Shown one piece after another: positions 1 through 10,730 of a stretch of DNA of 64,000 nt (position 1 is the first letter of the stretch; the number at the start of each line of letters is the position of its first letter). The stretch is from a candidate division WS6 bacterium OLB20 (GTDB taxonomy: Bacteria > Patescibacteriota > Dojkabacteria > B142 > OLB20), in NCBI GenBank assembly GCA_001567355.1, contig JYNZ01000003.1, forward strand, positions 605,793 to 669,792, in the 5' to 3' direction. Position numbers and translations under genes: made by a program. The notes beneath the pieces are model-generated. The model had not been told where the DNA came from and did not search any database. It worked only from the letters and a program-made list of their open reading frames with translations.

Positions 1-596
1 CAGGTGCTGTAACTTCCCCAGTAGATAACGAGGTTCCCGTCTGTGCCAACACCGAGGCTGTAACGGGTGTTGTCAGGAAAGTCATCATGAACGCCAACAA
101 GCGTTGGTCCCCACGTGGCATTGCCGTTGCTGTCAAAGTGCCAGGCAATGTACTGGTAATTCCAGTCACCATAGACGACATATGCACCACCTGCTCCGTC
201 TTCGCGCACGACCATATCGTTACCGATGACCTCAGTAGGAACGTACAGATCATAGTCAACTCCATAGTCATCTGCGTTGTAACTTGTGTTCCAGAGCAGA
301 TTTCCGTGACGGTCAAACTTCTTCAGAAAGAATCCTTCATATCCTACCTGGTCATAGACCTGCGGGCTGCCCAGAAACACGCCACCATCAGTCGGTGAGA
401 TGTCTGTAGAGCGGGTGCGGGTCACGGGTCCTGCGTTAAATCCGGCAGGAGTTCCTGAGAATACGAGCGTCTGCCCGGCTACCGACGGCTGGTTGTCACG
501 AAGCTGAAGTAGTTGCGAGATCACAACTGCGGCAAGAGCTGTAAGGCACAAAACTGCACCACTGACAATGAATGTTCGGACAGAAAACGACTGCAT
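1..596 (-). CDS. Secreted beta-propeller-repeat (SBBP-like) protein, 5' portion; gene runs off the window start (partial)
   Basis: Manual reverse-complement translation from ATG at complement(594..596) is open for about 198 codons to position 1. It has an N-terminal signal peptide (MQSFSVRTFIVSGAVLCLTALAAVV) and repeated Y/W-x-F-D-x-N/H-G-N-x-x-W motifs typical of PF06739-type beta-propeller repeats. It is absent from the ORF track only because it is truncated. The antisense ORF 87..398 is rejected. Confidence 0.55.
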   Translation of the reverse strand, partial: MQSFSVRTFIVSGAVLCLTALAAVVISQLLQLRDNQPSVAGQTLVFSGTPAGFNAGPVTRTRSTDISPTDGGVFLGSPQVYDQVGYEGFFLKKFDRHGNLLWNTSYNADDYGVDYDLYVPTEVIGNDMVVREDGAGGAYVVYGDWNYQYIAWHFDSNGNATWGPTLVGVHDDFPDNTRYSLGVGTDGNLVIYWGSYST

Positions 597-697
597 ACAG
601 ACATGATGCCATAAAGTTGAACATTGGCATAGTGCAAGACATCATAGTTCACCTCTGATACACTGGTTGTATTCTGTAACGTGCAATTCAACTAGTA

Positions 698-3600
698 ATG
701 AACTTGAGGACCGCTCTACGTTCTCCACTTATAATCGCTGTGCCGGTTACACTGGCAGCAGTGTTGATCTCCTATGCATACAATCGTCCGACACCAAGAG
801 AACCGGAGGTGTTAAGTTCTCTGACAGCGTCGTGGACTGCAAACGGACTTGGGGTGGAGACGAGTGCGCTTTCTGTAAACATTGCCGGCAATGCCCCAAA
901 CAGCAGAGGCAAAAATGCCGTGCCCGATGGATTCGGGGGTATGTACATGGCCTGGCAGGGCAGCACAGGCTACTCCGGAAGACGTGTCCTATCCGGCGGT
1001 TCTCTGGGATGTACATTCAGCGGATCGTACAATTTTGATTATATCGTCGAAGGCTCAAGCGGGACATTCTTTATTATCGGAGACAGTGGACGCAGGATTT
1101 TTAAATATAACAGCTCCTGCTCGCATCTCTTTGGTGTGAGCGGTATCAATCTTTTCAGTGCCAACCCTACCAGAACACACTCCGGCATACAGGCAGCCCC
1201 TGCGCCCGGTGGAGGAGTAGTACTTGCTGGAGTCAGCGGATCAACAATTTACTCGCAGTACATCAGCAGTGCCGGGGCTCTTGGATTTGGTACAAACGGA
1301 TCGGCACAGTCAGTATCCGGAACAATAACCACTACGGCACTAACGGTTGCACCTGATTCTTCGGCTGGCATGGCCATGTCGTGGCGGACTACAAACGGTG
1401 TCTTCACACAGTACTTAAACAACTCAGGAGCAGCCCAGTGGACCGCCAGCGGAATACAGCTGACAACAAACGGAAGCGATCCAACCATTACGTATAGCGG
1501 CGGGTATCATTTTGTCTCATTCAGAGACAATGTTCTGAACGACCGCAAACTGCAAAAAATCAGTGCGGCAGGAGTGCAGGAGTTCAGCGGAAACGGGATT
1601 GAGGTGATGGACGGACTTGGAATAGGTGCAGCTTATACGCTAACCCCGGTCACAGACACCGGCGGTGTAATAGTCCAGTTTGGAGGTCAAATTGCCAGTG
1701 TCGGACCTGACGGCTCGATCCTTGGTACTCAAACCGGACATGGAAACTACCATGCGTTTCATTTTATTGATTCAAACGATTCCCTGTATGCTGTTGCTCA
1801 CTCAGACTGCGATGTCTCCTCGGGAGGCTGGGATATTACCATGAACCGCTACCGGCTGCCGGATCTATACCCACTTTCAGCTGCGACATGTCTTTCTAAT
1901 GCCACTGCGAATCAGACATATCCGCGGATAATCGGTTCTTCGGGCACATCTGCAATTGTTTACTGGCAGGATGCACGGGCTGGAAACGGAGATATCTATA
2001 CGTCGCGGATATCGCACGGTTCTGTCAATCAGATATTTTCAATCTGGGCTGCCAACTTTCGAAAAACGAATGGTGACAACATCAGGGCAGACCACTGGTT
2101 ACCGCTTTCGGATGCGTATACAAATCCTAATACACTCGGGTCAACATCCACCTCCGAGTTAGTGCGTATCGAAAACAACAACGAATTTGTGGCTGAGTTG
2201 AATATCAACATGTCCTCAGACAGACACTGGTTCAGTTACCAGGCGCTTTATGGAAGCTCTCCAAACAGGGCGTTTGTTGCCGATCTTCTGACACAACCCG
2301 GGGCGGGCACCAGCTACAGTCTGCTGGTAAGAAAAGCCCCGTCAGATACTACTGTCCGTGTATGCCCATTGGCTACCGGTATTGGGGATGTCTCAACAAC
2401 CTGCGCAGGAGGGACTGATTACAACGAATTCTATCCTGAGGTTGCGCTGGTGACGATAGGGGGTGAGGATTACTGGAAGATTGCTAACCTGACAGATAGT
2501 GCTATCGGGGCAATCTCATACCTGATCCCGCCACCCCCCTCCGGTAACGTATATTACGGTATCGACAACTGGGATCCCTTCTTTTATCTGTTTGACATTG
2601 ATACTGCAACATTTTTCGCAGACACCGAACTGACCTATACCGGTCCGGAAACTATTGAGGGAGCCACCTCACTTACCTACCAGCCCCTCACCTGCACACC
2701 ATACACTGTAGCGACACTTGATGGCTGGTCAACATTCCGTCTGGCGACAATTGATCTTGATACCGGAGATGTAACACCGGTATCCAGCGATGTTATGCCA
2801 TTTTCTGATCTGGCATTTCTGCCCGATGGACGGCTGTTCGGCATCAGCGGAGGAGGGGCAAACGGTTATACAGGATCGGTACTTGCCAACAATGAATCAC
2901 TGTACGAAATTGACACTGGCACCTACGCAGTGACCCTGCGGGCAGACCTGAGCAATGGGCTGTACGGCGAGAGCATCGCATATAATCCCGATGACGGATA
3001 TCTGTATCATCTGACAGGCGCTCCGGATAGTGCTGAGGCTCCAATCTTTCAGCGGATAGATGTAAATACATATACAGCAACACCCGTCACATTAACTGGT
3101 GACGTTGTATTTGGAGCACCGATGGGTTTTTACTACGACGATGGTTCGGACCAGTTCTTCTTCAGCGACTGGAACTACGATATGTACACACTGCAGACAG
3201 ACGGGACCGTCGCTTTGCTGCATGACAACATGGATTACCCAATGAAGGCAATGGTTCCGCAGGATGGCTGTACGCTGCCGCCGACACCAACCTATACACC
3301 GACGCCAACGTATACACCGACACCAACTCCGACTCCGACGCCGTCCAGCACCCCGTCAATCTCTGTCACACCAAGTATTACAGGTACACCGACTCCGACA
3401 CCGACTGCATCACCAAGTAACGCACCGACCTATATTCCGCCGAACATTACAACGACCCCGAAACTGCCGACACCTGTTCCGGTCGAAGATACGGACGGTG
3501 ACGGCCTGACAGATGCCGAGGAGCGCGAACTCGGGACAGATCCAAACAATCCTGATACGGACGGTGACGGGTTGTCTGACGGATTTGAAGCGTTTTACAA

Positions 3601-4810
3601 CGATAGCGATACACCACTTAATCCACTGCTGCCACAGACGCAGGAGGGAATACCTGATGGCGAACAGGACTATGACAATGACGGCATCAATAACCTGCTG
3701 GAGCAGCAACTCGGAACGGACCCAGGTGAGAGAGACTCAGACAATGACAAAATCCTGGATGGCGAGGAGTACAGAGGTTGCTTCTTCAAGGAAGACACGA
3801 CAGAATGCGGCTCACGCTCGTTTGAGCCGAGCGACCCGCTTACAAAAGTAAATAATCCTCGTCCAACGCTGATTGCGACCGCGACACCCGCTGTTACACA
3901 GCTGCCTGATACAGGCGCAGAGAGTGTTGACATTATTGAGCTATTAAGGCGGGCGGGACGTGATATTATCCCCGGATTGCTGACCGGGATACTGCTGATG
4001 CTTGCTGCCGGATGGCTGCTCAGCTATCCGCGGGTGATTCTGTACCTCTTCAGGCAGTCAAGGGGCGGTCAGATCAGAGGACTCGTTTATGATCCGTTTG
4101 CCGCAGCACCTGTCGCATTTGCACCAGTCAGCCTGTATGATGATGCCGAGAACCCGGTCGGGAGTGTGATGGCAGACCGTTTTGGCCGATACCGTGTTGC
4201 TCCGGATACGGTATTCAGCTCAGCAGGGGTGACCATGCCAGGATATCTGCATGAGGCACCGCAGACCCACACGGGTGGAGTAACTGATATCGCTCTGGAA
4301 ACAGAACACGAGGCTGTTAGTGCAAAGATCCGTGCGTTCCTTGGTTCATATACCGGCCTGCTTCTTGGTGCAGGACTCGGGATCTCAGTTCTGCTGGTTC
4401 TAACGTTGCAGACACCGGCCGCAGCGATTCTTACAGGGCTGTATCTGGCTGCGCTGCTTCTAAAAGCAAGGTTTTCAACCGGTTACAGCGGCAGTGTCCG
4501 CAGCGCAGACGGACAACCGGCAAAAGGAATTGTACTCAGACTGTTTGACAGCAAGGGATCAGCTGTCATCGACTCATCAGTAACCGACAAACTCAGCAGG
4601 TACAGGCTGCATGCTGCGCCCGGCATCTATCTGCTTGAAATCGCACTTCCTGAATACACGTTTGACCAGAATCAGCACCAGGCGCAGACTCTGACCGAGA
4701 CAGGTGGAAGAAAGATGCTGACAGTAACCATTGAAGCAGACGGAAAGCTCCGGCTTCCACTGCACATTACCCCGGTCAACCAGTCCGGAGGCGGATTTGG
4801 TATGCTTTAG
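698..4810 (+). CDS. Giant (1370 aa) cell-surface protein. It has an N-terminal signal/anchor, a beta-rich repeat region, a Pro-Thr linker, thrombospondin-type-3-like Ca-binding Asp repeats, an LPDTG motif followed by a hydrophobic segment, and then two carboxypeptidase-regulatory-like (Cna-B/CarboxypepD_reg-like) domains separated by further TM segments
   Basis: Single 4.1-kb ORF. Motifs read directly from the translation: PTYTPTPTYTPTPTPTPTP, DTDGDGLTDAEE / DTDGDGLSDGFE / DYDNDGINN / DSDNDKILDGEE, LPDTGAES+IIPGLLTGILLMLAAGWLL, GLVYDPFAAAPVAFAPVSLYDDAENPVGSVMADRFGRYRV and GSVRSADGQPAKGIVLRLFDSKGSAV. Confidence 0.75.
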   Translation: MNLRTALRSPLIIAVPVTLAAVLISYAYNRPTPREPEVLSSLTASWTANGLGVETSALSVNIAGNAPNSRGKNAVPDGFGGMYMAWQGSTGYSGRRVLSGGSLGCTFSGSYNFDYIVEGSSGTFFIIGDSGRRIFKYNSSCSHLFGVSGINLFSANPTRTHSGIQAAPAPGGGVVLAGVSGSTIYSQYISSAGALGFGTNGSAQSVSGTITTTALTVAPDSSAGMAMSWRTTNGVFTQYLNNSGAAQWTASGIQLTTNGSDPTITYSGGYHFVSFRDNVLNDRKLQKISAAGVQEFSGNGIEVMDGLGIGAAYTLTPVTDTGGVIVQFGGQIASVGPDGSILGTQTGHGNYHAFHFIDSNDSLYAVAHSDCDVSSGGWDITMNRYRLPDLYPLSAATCLSNATANQTYPRIIGSSGTSAIVYWQDARAGNGDIYTSRISHGSVNQIFSIWAANFRKTNGDNIRADHWLPLSDAYTNPNTLGSTSTSELVRIENNNEFVAELNINMSSDRHWFSYQALYGSSPNRAFVADLLTQPGAGTSYSLLVRKAPSDTTVRVCPLATGIGDVSTTCAGGTDYNEFYPEVALVTIGGEDYWKIANLTDSAIGAISYLIPPPPSGNVYYGIDNWDPFFYLFDIDTATFFADTELTYTGPETIEGATSLTYQPLTCTPYTVATLDGWSTFRLATIDLDTGDVTPVSSDVMPFSDLAFLPDGRLFGISGGGANGYTGSVLANNESLYEIDTGTYAVTLRADLSNGLYGESIAYNPDDGYLYHLTGAPDSAEAPIFQRIDVNTYTATPVTLTGDVVFGAPMGFYYDDGSDQFFFSDWNYDMYTLQTDGTVALLHDNMDYPMKAMVPQDGCTLPPTPTYTPTPTYTPTPTPTPTPSSTPSISVTPSITGTPTPTPTASPSNAPTYIPPNITTTPKLPTPVPVEDTDGDGLTDAEERELGTDPNNPDTDGDGLSDGFEAFYNDSDTPLNPLLPQTQEGIPDGEQDYDNDGINNLLEQQLGTDPGERDSDNDKILDGEEYRGCFFKEDTTECGSRSFEPSDPLTKVNNPRPTLIATATPAVTQLPDTGAESVDIIELLRRAGRDIIPGLLTGILLMLAAGWLLSYPRVILYLFRQSRGGQIRGLVYDPFAAAPVAFAPVSLYDDAENPVGSVMADRFGRYRVAPDTVFSSAGVTMPGYLHEAPQTHTGGVTDIALETEHEAVSAKIRAFLGSYTGLLLGAGLGISVLLVLTLQTPAAAILTGLYLAALLLKARFSTGYSGSVRSADGQPAKGIVLRLFDSKGSAVIDSSVTDKLSRYRLHAAPGIYLLEIALPEYTFDQNQHQAQTLTETGGRKMLTVTIEADGKLRLPLHITPVNQSGGGFGML

Positions 4811-4879
4811 ATTCTGTTAAGACCAGGCCTTTTGTGATCTGGTACTATAATGCAGAGAATTAATTGAAAGTACACCCAC

Positions 4880-6996
4880 GTGCTTGATACTTTAAATCCG
4901 CCCCAGCGTGAGGCGGTTACAACCACTGAAGGACCTGTTCTGGTGCTTGCCGGCGCAGGCAGCGGTAAAACCAGGGTACTGACCTACCGCATGTTCTACC
5001 TGCTTAAAAAGAACATTGCACGTCCCGAAAACATTCTTGCTGTAACCTTTACCAACAAGGCTGCCGGTGAGATGAAGGATCGTATTGCCAGCCTGCTGCA
5101 GTCAAGCGGTTCTGCCATGTACAACCTTCCCTGGGTGGGGACGTTCCACTCTATATGTGTGCGGCTGCTCAAGGCCAACGCAGAACATATCGGTCTGTCG
5201 CGCGAGTTTACCATCTATGACCGGGCTGACCAGCTTGATGCGGTTAAAGAGGTAATGAAAAAGCTACAGATGGATACTAAAAACATAAAACCCAACGCCG
5301 TTCTAAACTACATCAGCTCGGCCAAGTCGGAACTGATCCCGGCATCAAGATATCCTGAATACGCAGTCGGCTATTTTCAGGACAGAGTTGCTGAAGTATA
5401 TCCCGAGTACCAGAAACTGCTGCGTTCCAACAGCGCTGTTGACTTTGACGATCTCATCATGGAGGCGGTACGGCTGCTTGAGCAGGAAGGTGATCTGCTT
5501 GAAAAGTACCGAACACTGTTTACTCATATTATGGTTGATGAGTACCAGGATACAAACCATGCCCAGTACCGGCTGATCCAGATGCTTGCAGAACGGCACA
5601 AGAATATATGCGTCGTCGGAGACGATGCACAATCGATTTACAGCTTCCGCGGGGCGACGATACAGAACATTCTCAACTTTGAAAAAGACTATCCCGACGC
5701 AAAAGTGATCAAGCTCGAGCAGAACTACCGGTCAACCAAGACTATTCTCGATGCATCAAATCTGGTCATCGCGCTCAACCCCAATCAGAAAAAGAAACAG
5801 CTCTGGACAGAAAACCACAGCGGTGAACCGATTACTGTCTATGAAGCGCTGGATGAAAAGGATGAGGCAGACTGGGTGGCAAAAAAATCAAGGAACTGAA
5901 CAGTTTTGATACTGCAGTCCTATACCGTACAAACGCACAGTCACGCGCACTTGAAGAGGCACTTCTGAGACGGGGGATCAGCTACCAGGTTATCGGCAGC
6001 GTCGAGTTTTACAAGCGCAAGGAGATCAAGGATGTGATGGCATACCTGCGCGTACTGTACAACCCGGCCGACGATATCAGTCTCAAACGTGTGATCAATG
6101 TTCCAAGACGGGGTATCGGCTCCACAACAATTGGCAACGTCGAACGTGAAGCCCTGGCTAACAGGCAGTCGATTATGCCGTACCTGCTCAGCCTTGCTCC
6201 GGAAGAGCTTGCCCGCTGGGGCAAAGCAGTCAGCGAGTTTACTGTCATGATGAAAAAACTGACTGCCATCTCGCAGCAGGAACCCGTGGGTGTTCTGATC
6301 AACGATCTTATCGAGCTGTCGGGCTACCGGCAGTCGCTGGATGACGGTACTGCCGAAAACGAGGCACGTCTTGAGAACATCCGCGAGCTCATCACCGTTG
6401 CTGACCAGTATAAGGAGCTCGATCCGGCAGAAAGCATGGAGCAGTTTCTTGAGGGAGTGTCCCTGATAGAGGGGTACAACAACCGTGATGATGGACCCAG
6501 TGTCAAACTGATGACAGTTCACTCGGCCAAGGGACTGGAGTTTGATAACCTGTTCATCGTAGGTATGGAAGAGGGCATTTTTCCGCACTCTAATGCCTAT
6601 ATAGAGCCCACACAGATGGAAGAGGAACGACGGCTCGCGTATGTAGCAATTACGCGGGCAAAGCAGCAGCTGTATATTGTGCACACGCAGTCACGTACAT
6701 TCTTCGGAAGCAGAAGCAGCAACCCGGTTTCACGCTTTGTCTCTGATATCCCTGATTCGCTTCTCAGGTTTGAGACATTCGGTGGTGTGACCTTTGACGA
6801 TGGCTGGCGCGAAGTCGTCGAGGATGATGATTACCAGCAGGAGTCGTTTATCGAACTTGAGCGCGGTGACAGGGTGGAGCACGACATCTTTGGTGTCGGT
6901 GTCGTCGTCGACTATGACGATTCACTGATCGTAATCGGTTTCAAAGGAGGACAGAAAGAGCTGTCGCGTGAATACGCAAAGCTAAAAAAACTCTAA
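4880..6996 (+). CDS. pcrA: ATP-dependent DNA helicase PcrA/UvrD; one gene split into ORFs 4880..5899 and 6034..6996 by a 1-nt frameshift in an A7 run (5881..5887)
   Basis: N-terminal Walker A (AGAGSGKTRVLTYR) and UvrD motifs. Reading 5881 onward in the +1 frame gives KKIKELNSFDTAVLYRTNAQSRALEEALLRRGISYQVIGSVEFYKRKEIKDVMAYLR, which joins the second ORF seamlessly. An 8th A would restore the frame. Confidence 0.88.
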
Positions 6997-7082
6997 ACTC
7001 CACTCCCGGTTTGTATTGCAGTACAATGCCTGTCCAGACCATTCCCCGGTAGTCTGAAGTATTACTTCAGCACATTTCAGCT

Positions 7083-8150
7083 ATGCGAAAGACACTTCAG
7101 GTGATTGCTCTTGTTCTGGCAGGTATATTTGCAGTGGCAGCGCCCGCCGCCGCAACTGGCGGCTGGGATTTTCTTCCGGAGTGGGGAGGGTATTACTCGG
7201 AGGGTGCGCTCAGTATCGGTTCATCCGATGAGCCAGATGGACTGCTGGGCCTCACAGCAAAATCAGGCAGCTATACCACACTCAGCTTTGCCGAAGCCGG
7301 AAAACACGGCAGCTGGGAGATCAGTAAGGTAAATGATGCATCGACCTACTATCCGCCAAACTCTCTGCGCATTTTAAACACAAGCAGGTCAGACGGGACA
7401 GCAAACTCTTCACCTGCTCTGGTAATTGACCAGTACAACCGCGTAGGACTTGGCAGACGGGATCCGCAGTATAAACTGGATCTCAACTACCATGGTGACA
7501 GGCAGGCACGGTTTCTTGCAAACACACAGTCAAATGCGCTGCTGCTGATCGAAAACCAGAATGGTGCAGGTGGCAGTGTGACAGGTTATGCCAATACTGC
7601 AACAGGGGCTGCCTACTATTCCGGACTTGCAGCAGATCAGTCATTTAAAATCGGCAGCGACAAAGAACTTACAAACGATCCTTTTATGAGTATCATGCCA
7701 AACGGCTACGTTGCCCTTGGAGAACATATCGCGCAATCGCAGCTGCATGTGTTTGGAACAAAAGGTGATGACGTACGGATGATATTGCAGGAAAAGGACG
7801 GCACAGGTGACTGGCGTATCCTCAAAACAACCGATGATGGTTTTGATCATCGGGGTGCAAACCGCCTGGTGTTTGCAGCCACATCGACTGGAGGCTCATT
7901 TCTGGATAACGCAATGGTACTTGGTAGTGGCGGTAACGTAGGATTTGGTGTCAACCATATGCCCAGTGTGTTGACTGTAAACGAGCGAAACGGCAGTGCC
8001 CTGACCATCAAGGATCAAACCGCGCAGTTTCAGGCGGACATCAGCTCCGGCCAGCTGCAGATTAAAAGCATGAACAGTGATTACAACGTCAAAGACATAC
8101 TCATGAAAATCGGCCACAACGGAGAGGTGTGCATCGGGTCAGGGTGCTAA
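7083..8150 (+). CDS. Secreted hypothetical protein (signal peptide, Gly/Ser/Thr-rich beta-type sequence)
   Basis: 355-aa ORF with a cleavable-looking signal peptide MRKTLQVIALVLAGIFAVAAPAAA. No recognised catalytic motif. Confidence 0.6.
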   Translation: MRKTLQVIALVLAGIFAVAAPAAATGGWDFLPEWGGYYSEGALSIGSSDEPDGLLGLTAKSGSYTTLSFAEAGKHGSWEISKVNDASTYYPPNSLRILNTSRSDGTANSSPALVIDQYNRVGLGRRDPQYKLDLNYHGDRQARFLANTQSNALLLIENQNGAGGSVTGYANTATGAAYYSGLAADQSFKIGSDKELTNDPFMSIMPNGYVALGEHIAQSQLHVFGTKGDDVRMILQEKDGTGDWRILKTTDDGFDHRGANRLVFAATSTGGSFLDNAMVLGSGGNVGFGVNHMPSVLTVNERNGSALTIKDQTAQFQADISSGQLQIKSMNSDYNVKDILMKIGHNGEVCIGSGC

Positions 8151-8159
8151 AATGACCGT

Positions 8160-8786
8160 ATGATCGAAGTCGAACAGCGCGCTGAAGTTACAGAACAACA
8201 GGCGGCTGCCATAGGCAGCCGCCTGAAAAAAGAGGGCAGGCAGACTCGCTCGTTTACCCGCTGCACGCTGGTACAGATCGATCGCAGCGATTTTGAGGTC
8301 ACCACTACCGGCACCTATGACCTTAAATTGCGTAATAACGAGCACGGGCAGCTGTTATTTACTGTAAAACAGGTTAATGCGTTCAATCCGACAACCAGAC
8401 TGGAAAGTGAGGTTTTACTCGAAGTAGCGCAACTAACTGAGCTGCTTACCAACCTGAAGATGCTGGGATTCATCTACTGGATCATGACAGTCGAGAAACG
8501 CGAAACCTTTGAATCTGATGGTGCCACATGGGATATCATCCGCCATCTGACAACCGGCAGGACTCTGCTTGAAGTCGAAGTCCCTGCAGCCAGTGATGCA
8601 GAAATTACAGCTGCCGAGAAACGTTCTGATGAACTGCTTGCTTCTGTTAACGCAAAACCATTATCGGATAGCGCACTTCACGATATTCTCTCCGGCCTGA
8701 ACCGGGCACACGACTATCAGTTTGACCTGTCAGTGGTCGACACTGACATTGTCGCACAACGCTTCACAGAATCTCTCAATAAATAG
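8160..8786 (+). CDS. Hypothetical cytoplasmic protein, possibly CYTH-like (triphosphate tunnel) domain
   Basis: 208-aa ORF starting MIEVEQRAEV, reminiscent of the CYTH N-terminal E-x-E-x-K strand. Weak assignment. Confidence 0.45.
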   Translation: MIEVEQRAEVTEQQAAAIGSRLKKEGRQTRSFTRCTLVQIDRSDFEVTTTGTYDLKLRNNEHGQLLFTVKQVNAFNPTTRLESEVLLEVAQLTELLTNLKMLGFIYWIMTVEKRETFESDGATWDIIRHLTTGRTLLEVEVPAASDAEITAAEKRSDELLASVNAKPLSDSALHDILSGLNRAHDYQFDLSVVDTDIVAQRFTESLNK

Positions 8787-8970
8787 CTGAAAATACCCCT
8801 CTTTTTGTAACACCCACAGACAGATATATAAGCAAAATATACCATGATCCCTTGATCCGGTTTGCTCCTTAAAAAGAGAATAGTTACTGGACAATTGCTC
8901 CCGGCAGCCTGCACATACCGTGTTCAGACCGCCTGGGGCAATTTGTGGACCCTGGGGATATGGAGGAATC

Positions 8971-9624
8971 ATGAAAGCTCTAAAAACACTGTTCGTACTC
9001 GTAATTCTGGTTTCAATCTTTGCAACCTTCTCATCGGTATCTGCACAGACCACACCGCCGTGCTATGGTCTCGCAGGGGTAGAATATGTGGCATGTATGG
9101 TCGAAAGTTATCCCGACCAGCAACTGCCTCCATTCATGACATTGCCAAGTGTTATCGTAGTAAATGGGCCGGTTTGCCCAATACTGCACGAGGCTGAAAA
9201 ATATCTCATAACTCTGAGCTTGCCCAATGGCGGTGAAAGTTGTACTTTGGTTGACCGCTACGATGTGACTGTCGCGCTGAATCAGTTTGGTTATGAATTT
9301 GCACCTGACCAGTTTCTGATTACATTACGACAGGATTCTGGCACAGCAACGTTGATTCTTGACGATGCTATACATGAAGAGACTGCCATACCTCTCATCG
9401 AGATTGCAGAAAGCCCCGAAATGGACCGCCTGGTCTGGCATGGAAATTACGATTTCCAACCTACACAGGAAGGAACTCTTATTCCGCCAATGCTTCTTGG
9501 TGTGGCAACAACCATTATCAGGAATAATCCCGGATATGAAATCTGGAATGTAATGTACAAACTGACCAGCCCTGAAGGTGCAATTACAATCACCTTCACA
9601 CATGTGGAGGAGACAGAGAACTAA
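8971..9624 (+). CDS. Secreted hypothetical protein
   Basis: ORF 8920..9624. The preferred start is the internal ATG at 8971, preceded by GGAGG (8962..8966). The signal peptide is MKALKTLFVLVILVSIFATFSSVSAQ. Confidence 0.55.
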   Translation: MKALKTLFVLVILVSIFATFSSVSAQTTPPCYGLAGVEYVACMVESYPDQQLPPFMTLPSVIVVNGPVCPILHEAEKYLITLSLPNGGESCTLVDRYDVTVALNQFGYEFAPDQFLITLRQDSGTATLILDDAIHEETAIPLIEIAESPEMDRLVWHGNYDFQPTQEGTLIPPMLLGVATTIIRNNPGYEIWNVMYKLTSPEGAITITFTHVEETEN

Positions 9625-9665
9625 CGATTACCTCCTCTAATAAATTCCCCAGTCCGAAACGGTTA

Positions 9666-9688
9666 ACCTGCTGCGCTCCAGCGCAGGT
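9666..9688. terminator. GC-rich hairpin between convergent genes (bidirectional terminator candidate)
   Basis: acctgctgcgctccagcgcaggt. Arms CTGCGCT/AGCGCAG or ACCTGC/GCAGGT are perfectly complementary. Confidence 0.4.
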
Positions 9689-9717
9689 AACAATTTCCCC
9701 CAGTAACTATTCTCGGA

Positions 9718-10730
9718 CTACACCAGCTTCTTCAGTCTGATCTTCAGTTTCTGCAGTTGAGAAAGTATGCCAAACATGCGGTATTTTGTGCCGTTTAAGA
9801 CCAGCACGCGTGTTTTAGCAAAACAGTGGTCGGTACCGCCAAAGCCGTGCTTGAACGAGCTGATGCTCTCGAGCGGATGACCCTTCGTATAATTGCCGTT
9901 CAGATCGCGCGGGGCAACACCCCAGTGGTCGTAATACCTTCTGCCGAGAGCGGAAGTCATCTTCATCGCCTCCCATTTAAGCATATACCCCGCCTCAAGA
10001 TCCCGGCCTTCTGATGTGACACCTCCGTACAACTCGTAGACCGATATCTCATCAAGCGCGACAAGGTAGGCACCGACAACAGCCCCGTGATGTTCGGCAA
10101 GCAGTATACGAGCAAGGTCCTTCTGCGATAACTGTTCCCATACTTTGAGAAAATAATTCTTGTCGTGCATCACGTAATCCGTGGCCTTAAAGATCTCCTG
10201 CATGACGGTATAGAACGCATCGACTGCGGAAGCATCATGCGTATGAATACTGACGGTCACACCATGACGTTCAGCTTTTTTAATGTTTCTTCTGTACTTT
10301 CCTTTCATGCCTGACCAGACGGCATCTGCACTGACAGTCTCAACAACACTGGTACACTCGGGCTGCACGCGGTAATCGGTTGCAGGCAGGGACTTGGCAA
10401 AGTAACTGTCCTCTTCGTGATCAAACTCAAACAGTACAAAATCACATACACTGTTTGCACTGAGCCAGGTCTTAAGTTCGCGAACTATCTTTCAAAATGA
10501 AGCAGCGGCAGCGACGCCTTTGGTGAATAACCGATCCTCACGCCTGCTGTCTGCCTGATCAGCACCTGCAGGACAGCAATGATCTCATCATCCAGCCGGA
10601 TGATAAACCGCAGCGGTTCCCAGCCGGGACGTTTAACCTCACCCCACGCACTGTGCTGCAGTACATGGCCCTGTGTCAGCTTCCATGCTGCATCATATTC
10701 CTCAAGGTTGTCAGTTATTTTGAGATCCAT
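9718..10730 (-). CDS. FemAB-family aminoacyl-tRNA-dependent transferase (paralog 1), split by a frameshift at a T3/A3 run (10490..10492)
   Basis: N-terminal ORF 10485..10730 and C-terminal ORF 9718..10368 (GTG start) both show FemAB/FemX-like sequence. The downstream frame is open from 10491, so one extra A gives a continuous protein of about 335 aa. Confidence 0.7.

Noticed and set aside
87-398. 103-aa plus-strand ORF at the window start
   Set aside because: It is antisense to a longer open frame on the minus strand that has a signal peptide and propeller repeats. There is no RBS and no motif.
667-1139. Overlapping short ORFs (667..1038, 747..1016, 772..966, 882..1139) inside the start of the giant gene
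   Set aside because: They are alternative-frame artifacts within a 4.1-kb coding region.
5941-6684. 247-aa minus-strand ORF
   Set aside because: It is antisense to the well-supported UvrD C-terminal domain.
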